The notes under the pieces are model-generated. The model saw nothing but the letters and a program-made list of their open reading frames with translations, was not told where the DNA came from and did no database searches. Source: Candidatus Thioglobus sp. (GTDB lineage Bacteria > Pseudomonadota > Gammaproteobacteria > PS1 > Pseudothioglobaceae). Taken from it: 64,000 nt of DNA. The translations under genes were made by a program, and so were the position numbers. The stretch is from assembly GCA_012959965.1 (NCBI GenBank), contig DUCF01000056.1:11036-75035 (forward strand), read 5' to 3'. This document shows, in pieces, positions 57,789 through 64,000 of this stretch. How positions within the stretch are numbered: the first letter of the stretch is position 1; each line of letters starts with the position of its first letter.

Positions 57789-58603
57789 TATCCTTCTCCC
57801 GCTCCACCCATAATTTCCTCCTCCATGTCCCAAATCATAGCGAGGATTTCTTCGCGAGTTTCAGTATAGCCTTGAGTTTTTTTAACCTCTCTTAAGTCCA
57901 TTGTTACACCCATTTCAGCGTATGGCAGTTGATATTCTTTATGAATTCTTCCTGGTCTGGGAGCTAAAACTAGTAGGCGCTCTCCAAGCAATATCGCCTC
58001 TTCAACTGAGTGAGTTATAAGGATAATTGTTTTGCCAGTTTCTTTCCACAACTTTAGAACCAATCCCTGCATTTTTTCCCTTGTTAGCGCATCAAGCGCG
58101 CCCAAAGGCTCGTCCATTAAAATCACATCAGGGTCATTAGCTAGGCAACGAGCTAACGCAACCCTTTGTTGCATGCCACCTGAGAGCTCATAAACCGCTT
58201 TATCTTCAAAGCCACCCAGGCCTACAACCTCTAATAAATGCTGAACTTTTTTATCTTGTTCAGATTTGGGCATGCGCTTCATTCTAGGCCCAAAAGAAAC
58301 ATTTGAGCGCACATTCATCCACTCAAATAATGCCCCTTGTTGAAATACCATGCCACGCTCAGCATCAGGCCCAGTAACAGTATGACCGTTAAGATTAACA
58401 CGCCCTGCGGTGGGCGCTAAAAACCCCGCAATAATATTTAACAGAGTCGTTTTGCCGCAACCAGATGGTCCTAGTACGCTTATAATCTGCCCCTCTTTGA
58501 TGTCGAGTGAGACATCTTTTAATGCTTGAATTGATTCACCATTAGCTAAATCAAAGCGCATCGATATATTTTCAATTGTTAGGCCTTTCAAAATTTTCTC
58601 CAA
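57788..58603 (-). CDS. tauB: taurine-type ABC transporter ATP-binding protein
   Basis: Walker A GPSGCGKTT, signature LSGGMQQRV, Walker B ILMDEP. Confidence 0.85.
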   Translation of the reverse strand: MEKILKGLTIENISMRFDLANGESIQALKDVSLDIKEGQIISVLGPSGCGKTTLLNIIAGFLAPTAGRVNLNGHTVTGPDAERGMVFQQGALFEWMNVRSNVSFGPRMKRMPKSEQDKKVQHLLEVVGLGGFEDKAVYELSGGMQQRVALARCLANDPDVILMDEPLGALDALTREKMQGLVLKLWKETGKTIILITHSVEEAILLGERLLVLAPRPGRIHKEYQLPYAEMGVTMDLREVKKTQGYTETREEILAMIWDMEEEIMGGAGEG

Positions 58604-58620
58604 TCTTTTGTTTCACTAAA

Positions 58621-58648
58621 AAGGTGGTACACAGAAGTGTACCACCTT
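58621..58648 (-). terminator. perfect 12-bp stem-loop between tauA and tauB (attenuator/partial terminator)
   Basis: aaggtggtacac-agaa-gtgtaccacctt. On the minus strand a TTTTT run continues from the stem. A second 7-bp hairpin, aagtctt-aca-aagactt, lies at 58649-58665. Confidence 0.45.
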
Positions 58649-58700
58649 AAGTCTTACAAAGACTTGAGTATCAGACTTGTTGAGCCCAATACTAAGTGTT

Positions 58701-59696
58701 TTACTGGTTTGCCAATGTATTCAAACCATCTGTATTAACTGCACTATCGTATGAATCGCGTGCACTTGGAATTTCTCCAGCACTAACAAATACATCCGCT
58801 ACACCCTTAAGGAAGGCCTGTCCGCTACCACCAAGCCATGCATTTGATAGCTGTGAACTAACTGACGGGAAAACAAATGTAGACATGGTGTCAGCTGTTG
58901 CAGCTTCATCCATACCTGCGTCTTTCGCAATAAGAGGAAGCATTAGTGAAGTAAATCCACCTGAGTTCCACATTGCATTAGAAGCAGCAGTAACACCTAA
59001 GAAGGTAGCTAACACTTCAGCATTTTCATCAGCAAAGCTTGCTGTTGTAGAGGTTACGTCCCAAACAAGAATACCAAGAGCTACTTTCTCGTCACCAGTT
59101 AGAAGTACATTGCCATGTTCCAAAGCACGGCGAAGCGATCCACCCCAACCACAGAACATATCAACACTTCCCTGAGAAAAGGCAGCAGCACCTTCTGGCG
59201 GAGCCATATCAACAACTTGCATTGATGATACCTCGACACCAAAATGCTCCATCTGTTTTAAGTAACCGTAGTGAGCAGCGGTACCGATTGGCACAGAAAC
59301 TTTTAATCCGGCCAACTCAGAGGCATTGCTAGCATCAATTTCTAGAGCTGATGCAACAACACAGTTATCATTATCAGCGTAACTAACTGCCACGTCAACG
59401 ATTTGTAAATCTTGACCAGTAGAAGCTGCAACGATGAATGGCGGCACACCTTGACTCACAGAAATATCAATGTCACCTGAAGCCATGGCAGCAGACATTG
59501 CTGTACCAGTACCAAACGCCTTCCAGTTTACTGTCATTCCCAGGGCTTCGTCATATGCCCCGATTTGTTTTGCATACTCAAATGGCATAGGCCATTCTTC
59601 AAAGTAAGCAACGTTAAGCTCATCCAAAGCCATTACATTTGCAGCTGCCATAGCACCTACTAGGGTCGCACCGACTTTTTTGTATATATTATTCAT
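58701..59696 (-). CDS. tauA: taurine ABC transporter substrate-binding protein
   Basis: Signal peptide MNNIYKKVGATLVGAMAAANVMA. It aligns block by block with E. coli TauA as I recall it (VNWKAF.TG..M..A.ASGD.D, VPIGTAAHY, DMAPPE..AAF..G.VD). The start at 59696 has GGAG 6 nt upstream; the track start is 59774. Confidence 0.8.
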   Translation of the reverse strand: MNNIYKKVGATLVGAMAAANVMALDELNVAYFEEWPMPFEYAKQIGAYDEALGMTVNWKAFGTGTAMSAAMASGDIDISVSQGVPPFIVAASTGQDLQIVDVAVSYADNDNCVVASALEIDASNASELAGLKVSVPIGTAAHYGYLKQMEHFGVEVSSMQVVDMAPPEGAAAFSQGSVDMFCGWGGSLRRALEHGNVLLTGDEKVALGILVWDVTSTTASFADENAEVLATFLGVTAASNAMWNSGGFTSLMLPLIAKDAGMDEAATADTMSTFVFPSVSSQLSNAWLGGSGQAFLKGVADVFVSAGEIPSARDSYDSAVNTDGLNTLANQ

Positions 59697-60378
59697 AGTT
59701 TCTCCTTTGTATAATAAAGAGCGGATGATTCCACTCCTTAGTTGATTTTTTACTCTTTTTTTATGAAAGCACAATTCAATTTTTTGAACAAGCCGTTTAA
59801 AAAAAAACTAAAAAGAACTATAAAAAACCATCAATGAGAGCGATTGATTTCCATGTCCATTCAACCTTGAACCAGAACTTCAATTTTCAGATAGTTTTTC
59901 AATAGTTGGGGTAATTCTATTCTATGAATATAATCATATAAGAGATAAGTGTAGAGCCAGAAGATATTGAATCATAGTCCAGAAATAAGTACCTATATGC
60001 TTCTTTTTTTACCACACAAACACAACGCAATTACGATTATTTTTGACTCTGGTCAAGACTTTCTTTGCTTCTGTTAGGTTATAAATAGATAGGCCAGAGT
60101 GTGCGAAAGCAACCATTAAACCTTAATGCGCGTTTATATAAAACAATTAACCAAGAAATATATACACCAAAAAAATCATAACATGATCGCTGACTGTTTA
60201 TCAAATCAAATCAAATCTATTCTTCAAAATGTTATGCATCAAACAATTTAATTCAACAAGGTTTGTATGTAATAAACTATGAATAATATTAATAATTAAA
60301 TGAAATAATACCATTTATATTCATTAAGTACCCTCTTTATAATGAACGCCTAATTCACACCAGAGAGCGTCTGATACC

Positions 60379-63300
60379 ATGAATAATACAAACAGACTAA
60401 AGCAGCTCCTAAGCGAGCGCATCCTCCTCCTAGACGGTGCGATGGGTACCATGATTCAGCGCCACAAATTGCAAGAATCCGACTATCGTGGCGAGCGCTT
60501 TAAAGACTGGCACACCCTTGTTCAGGGCAATAACGACTTACTTTCCCTGACTCAGCCGCACATCATCAACGACATTCATAAATCCTTCCTTGAAGTTGGT
60601 GCAGATATTATCGAGACCAACACATTCAACGCCACTCGCACTTCAATGGCTGATTACGAGATGGAGGGCCTTGCCTATGAAATTAATGTTGCTGCCACCA
60701 AGTTAGCCAAAAAAATCGCCGATGAATTCTCCACCGAAGATAAACCGCGCTTTGTCGCCGGCGTCATCGGCCCAACGTCGCGCACCTGTTCGCTTTCACC
60801 AGACGTCAACGACCCTGGATTTCGTAACGTTACTTTTGACGAATTGGTTGGTGTTTATTCCGAATCTACTCGTGGGTTGATTAAGGGCGGCAGCGATATT
60901 ATTCTAATTGAAACCATTTTTGACACACTTAACGCCAAGGCGGCTATTTTTGCCGTACAGCAAGTGTTTGAAGAAGATGACGTTGAGCTGCCAATCATGA
61001 TTTCGGGCACGATTACGGACGCCTCTGGGCGCACCCTTTCTGGCCAAGTGACCGAGGCTTTTTACAACTCGCTACGTCATGCTAAGCCAATTTCGATTGG
61101 CCTTAATTGTGCGATGGGACCAGATTCATTGCGTCAATACCTTGCTGAATTATCTCGTGTCTGCGAAACTTACGTTTCCGCACACCCGAATGCCGGCCTA
61201 CCGAATGAGTTTGGGGAATACGAGTTAGGCGTCATCACCATGAGTGAACAAGTGGGTGAATGGGCCAGTTCAGGTTTGGTCAACATCTTAGGTGGCTGTT
61301 GTGGCTCCACACCGGCGCACATCAAGGCCATTGCAGATGCAATTGAAGGGCTATCACCAAGACAACTGCCAAGCATTAAGCCTGAATGTCGATTGTCCGG
61401 CCTTGAGGCTTTTAATATTGGCGATGACTCCTTGTTTGTCAATGTCGGCGAGCGCGCCAATATTACTGGCTCTTCTAAGTTTAAACGCCTTATCCTTAAC
61501 GAAGAATACGAAGAAGCGCTTGATATATGTCGCACTCAAGTTGAAAGCGGCGCACAGATGGTTGACGTCAATATGGACGAAGGCATGCTTGACGGCAAGA
61601 CAGCGATGGAACGCTTTCTTAAGTTAATTGCCTCTGAACCCGATATTTCTAAAGTACCACTTATGATCGATTCTTCCAAATGGGAAATTATTGAAGCCGG
61701 CCTAAAATGCACTCAAGGCAAAGCGGTTGTTAATTCCATTTCCCTGAAAGAAGGCAAAGACAATTTCATTAAATACGCCAATCTTTGCAAACGCTACGGC
61801 GCGGCTATTATCGTTATGGCGTTTGATAAAGACGGCCAAGCGGATACGCTAAAGAGAAAAATAGAAATTTGCACAAACGCCTACGATATATTGGTTAACG
61901 AGGTACGTTTTCCAGCGGAAGACATTATCTTTGATCCAAACATTTTCGCCATCGCTACCGGAATTGAAGAGCACAATAACTACGGACTTGATTTTATTGA
62001 GGCTACTCGCATCATCACTCAAACTCTTCCTTATGCCAAAGTCTCTGGCGGTGTCTCGAATGTCTCGTTTTCATTCAGAGGTAATAATCCTGTGCGTGAA
62101 GCAATCCACTCAGCATTTTTGTACCACGCGGTAAAGGCGGGCATGACGATGGGTATTGTCAATGCCGGCCAGTTGGTGGTTTACGATGATATTGACAAGG
62201 ACTTAAAAAAAGCTGTTGAAGATATTGTTCTTAATAAAGACCCTGAAGCGGGTGAGCGCCTCGTTGAACTTGCGCCAAAATTCTCAGGAAGTGGCGAAGT
62301 ACACGAGAATAAGCGTGATCTGGAGTGGCGAACATGGTCTGTCGAAAAACGCTTAGAGCATTCTCTAGTCAAGGGCATTACCGAGTTTATTGACTCGGAT
62401 ACCCAGGAGGCTTTGGATAAATTAGGTCGCCCTATCTTTGTTATCGAAGGCCCGCTAATGGATGGCATGAACGTCGTTGGAGATCTTTTTGGTGTTGGTA
62501 AAATGTTCCTCCCGCAAGTGGTTAAATCAGCACGCGTAATGAAAAAATCGGTGGCCTATTTGGATCCTTTCTTGGAGGCTGAAAAGCAAGATTTTGGCAC
62601 TACTGTTAAGCCAAAAATTCTCATGGCAACCGTTAAAGGCGACGTGCACGACATTGGGAAAAACATTGTTGGTGTGGTTTTGCAGTGCAATAATTTCGAG
62701 GTAATCGATCTCGGAGTGATGGTGCCGTCCGACACTATTCTCGAAACCGCTATTAAAGAAAACGTCGATATTATCGGCCTTTCCGGCTTAATTACGCCGT
62801 CGCTAGATGAAATGGTTTTTGTTGCCAAGGAATTGACACGACAGGGTTTTGAGATACCGCTATTGGTTGGTGGCGCAACCACCTCTAAAGCCCACACCGC
62901 TGTCAAAGTTCAGCCTAAGTACGCTAACGGTGTTATCCATGTACAAGATGCCTCTAAGGCTGTAGGTGTGGCAACCGCCCTACTATCAGATGATTTAAAG
63001 CCGAAATTACTGCAACAAATAGCAGAAGAATACGAAAAAGTTAGAGTCAGGCGAGCCAACCGGGGTGCCAGCAAACTCATCAGCTTAGAAAAGGCAAGGA
63101 GCAACAAACCCAAACTAAAATTTAACTCGATTAATAAGCCCAAACAATTAGGCGTGCAAGTGTTTAATGATTATGATCTGAGCGAAATATTTAAATATAT
63201 CGATTGGGTGCCGTTTTTCCGCACTTGGGAACTCGCGGGAAAATTCCCTAACATCCTTACCGACGAAGTTGTCGGTGAAGCAGCAACACAGCTTTTTGCC

Positions 63301-64000
63301 GACGCTAAAGCAATGTTTAAAAAGGTTATTGATGGCAAGTTACTGCAAGCAAATGCCGTGATTGGCATCTTTAAAGCCAGCAGCATTAATGAAGATATTG
63401 AACTATACAGTGAGAATGGTGACACCCTAACAACACTTAATAACTTACGCCAACAACTGGACAAGAAAGGTCACACACCGAATTATTGTCTTAGTGACTT
63501 TATTGCGCCAAAAGATAGTGGTAAGCAAGACTACATGGGTGCATTTGCAGTGACTACTGGTATTAATATAAACCCATTAGTTGGGGCTTATGATGCCGAC
63601 CTCGATGACTACAATTCCATTATGGTTAAAGCTGTGGCCGACCGACTTGCAGAGGCATTTACCGAACTAATGCACCATAAGGTACGCACTGAACTATGGG
63701 GCTATAGTAACGAGAGCTTTGATAACGAACAGCTGATAGAGGAAAAATACCAAGGCATTCGCCCCGCACCAGGCTACCCCTCGTGCCCGGAGCACAGTGA
63801 AAAAGAAAAACTTTGGGATTTACTTGATGTTGAGAAAAACACCAGCATGACACTCACCAGCAACTACGCCATGCTACCAACTGCATCGGTTAGTGGTTGG
63901 TACTTCTCCCATCCAGAATCACGATACTTTGGTGTCGCCAAAATCAACCAAGGACAACTTGAAGATTACGCCAATCGGAAAGAGGTTTCAGTCGAGCAAG
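60379..64000 (+). CDS. metH: cobalamin-dependent methionine synthase (3' end runs ~20 codons past the window)
   Basis: Absent from the ORF track because no stop lies in the window. Frame 1 reads [27 protein letters not shown].., [23 protein letters not shown]12 motif [11 protein letters not shown] (from 62638), and ends ..[15 protein letters not shown] in the activation domain. Confidence 0.95.
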   Translation, partial: MNNTNRLKQLLSERILLLDGAMGTMIQRHKLQESDYRGERFKDWHTLVQGNNDLLSLTQPHIINDIHKSFLEVGADIIETNTFNATRTSMADYEMEGLAYEINVAATKLAKKIADEFSTEDKPRFVAGVIGPTSRTCSLSPDVNDPGFRNVTFDELVGVYSESTRGLIKGGSDIILIETIFDTLNAKAAIFAVQQVFEEDDVELPIMISGTITDASGRTLSGQVTEAFYNSLRHAKPISIGLNCAMGPDSLRQYLAELSRVCETYVSAHPNAGLPNEFGEYELGVITMSEQVGEWASSGLVNILGGCCGSTPAHIKAIADAIEGLSPRQLPSIKPECRLSGLEAFNIGDDSLFVNVGERANITGSSKFKRLILNEEYEEALDICRTQVESGAQMVDVNMDEGMLDGKTAMERFLKLIASEPDISKVPLMIDSSKWEIIEAGLKCTQGKAVVNSISLKEGKDNFIKYANLCKRYGAAIIVMAFDKDGQADTLKRKIEICTNAYDILVNEVRFPAEDIIFDPNIFAIATGIEEHNNYGLDFIEATRIITQTLPYAKVSGGVSNVSFSFRGNNPVREAIHSAFLYHAVKAGMTMGIVNAGQLVVYDDIDKDLKKAVEDIVLNKDPEAGERLVELAPKFSGSGEVHENKRDLEWRTWSVEKRLEHSLVKGITEFIDSDTQEALDKLGRPIFVIEGPLMDGMNVVGDLFGVGKMFLPQVVKSARVMKKSVAYLDPFLEAEKQDFGTTVKPKILMATVKGDVHDIGKNIVGVVLQCNNFEVIDLGVMVPSDTILETAIKENVDIIGLSGLITPSLDEMVFVAKELTRQGFEIPLLVGGATTSKAHTAVKVQPKYANGVIHVQDASKAVGVATALLSDDLKPKLLQQIAEEYEKVRVRRANRGASKLISLEKARSNKPKLKFNSINKPKQLGVQVFNDYDLSEIFKYIDWVPFFRTWELAGKFPNILTDEVVGEAATQLFADAKAMFKKVIDGKLLQANAVIGIFKASSINEDIELYSENGDTLTTLNNLRQQLDKKGHTPNYCLSDFIAPKDSGKQDYMGAFAVTTGININPLVGAYDADLDDYNSIMVKAVADRLAEAFTELMHHKVRTELWGYSNESFDNEQLIEEKYQGIRPAPGYPSCPEHSEKEKLWDLLDVEKNTSMTLTSNYAMLPTASVSGWYFSHPESRYFGVAKINQGQLEDYANRKEVSVEQ

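Noticed and set aside
59775-60378. A cobalamin or SAM riboswitch in the long leader upstream of metH.
   Set aside because: I found no B12-box-like GCCACTG core and no conserved riboswitch helices. The region is simply AT-rich, with a trivial (TCAAA)x3 microsatellite at 60201-60217.
61170-63464. Minus-strand ORFs (61170-61535, 62181-62468, 62556-62906, 62910-63143, 63171-63464) and small plus-strand ORFs listed in the track.
   Set aside because: They lie entirely within the metH reading frame on the plus strand. That frame has unmistakable MetH motifs, so these are shadow ORFs.
1-64000. CRISPR arrays, IS elements, transposases, prophage genes, toxin-antitoxin pairs or known defence systems.
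   Set aside because: I looked for repeat-spacer periodicity, terminal inverted repeats and the characteristic protein motifs in all listed ORFs and saw none. The only repeats found are the coding tandem repeats at 7986-8615 and the two ~50-bp copies at 6387 and 8840.

Overview
The window looks like a gene-dense, moderately AT-rich chromosomal segment of a gammaproteobacterium. This is judged by eye from the Pseudomonas-like serC-pheA-hisC-tyrA-aroA order; a marine, streamlined lifestyle is my inference. Almost all of it is coding, and several convergent gene pairs abut or overlap.

Bases 1-27300 are housekeeping genes:
- ssb
- tRNA-Arg(CCG) followed by lgt-thyA-rnc-era-recO-pdxJ-acpS
- ctpA-parA-parB
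- lepB
- the aromatic amino acid cluster aroA/tyrA/hisC/pheA/serC
- cobO, radA, nrdR-glyA and dadA-alr-ridA

This stretch is interrupted at 6.4-10.2 kb by three secreted or envelope proteins, including a 759-aa tandem-repeat protein.

Bases 27300-59700 are a catabolic accessory block:
- two gamma-butyrobetaine-hydroxylase (BBOX)/TmpA-like Fe(II)/2-oxoglutarate (2OG) dioxygenases, one fused to a PhnZ/TmpB-like six-ligand HD domain
- a poorly characterised operon attached to that fusion
- an OmpR-type two-component system next to a small-protein operon that contains a catalytically degenerate sortase-fold protein
- etfBA plus ETF-ubiquinone oxidoreductase (ETF-QO)
- a complete taurine dissimilation set: pta, soeABC-like cytoplasmic sulfite dehydrogenase, xsc-ald-tpa, tauR and tauABC
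- a dimethylglycine-dehydrogenase (DMGDH)-family gene embedded as the fourth cistron of the tau transporter operon

The window ends inside metH. That gene is absent from the supplied ORF track because it has no stop codon within the window.

I saw no CRISPR arrays, transposases, integrases, rRNA genes or recognisable defence genes. All functional calls come from motif and family recognition by eye. No database search or numerical computation was run.
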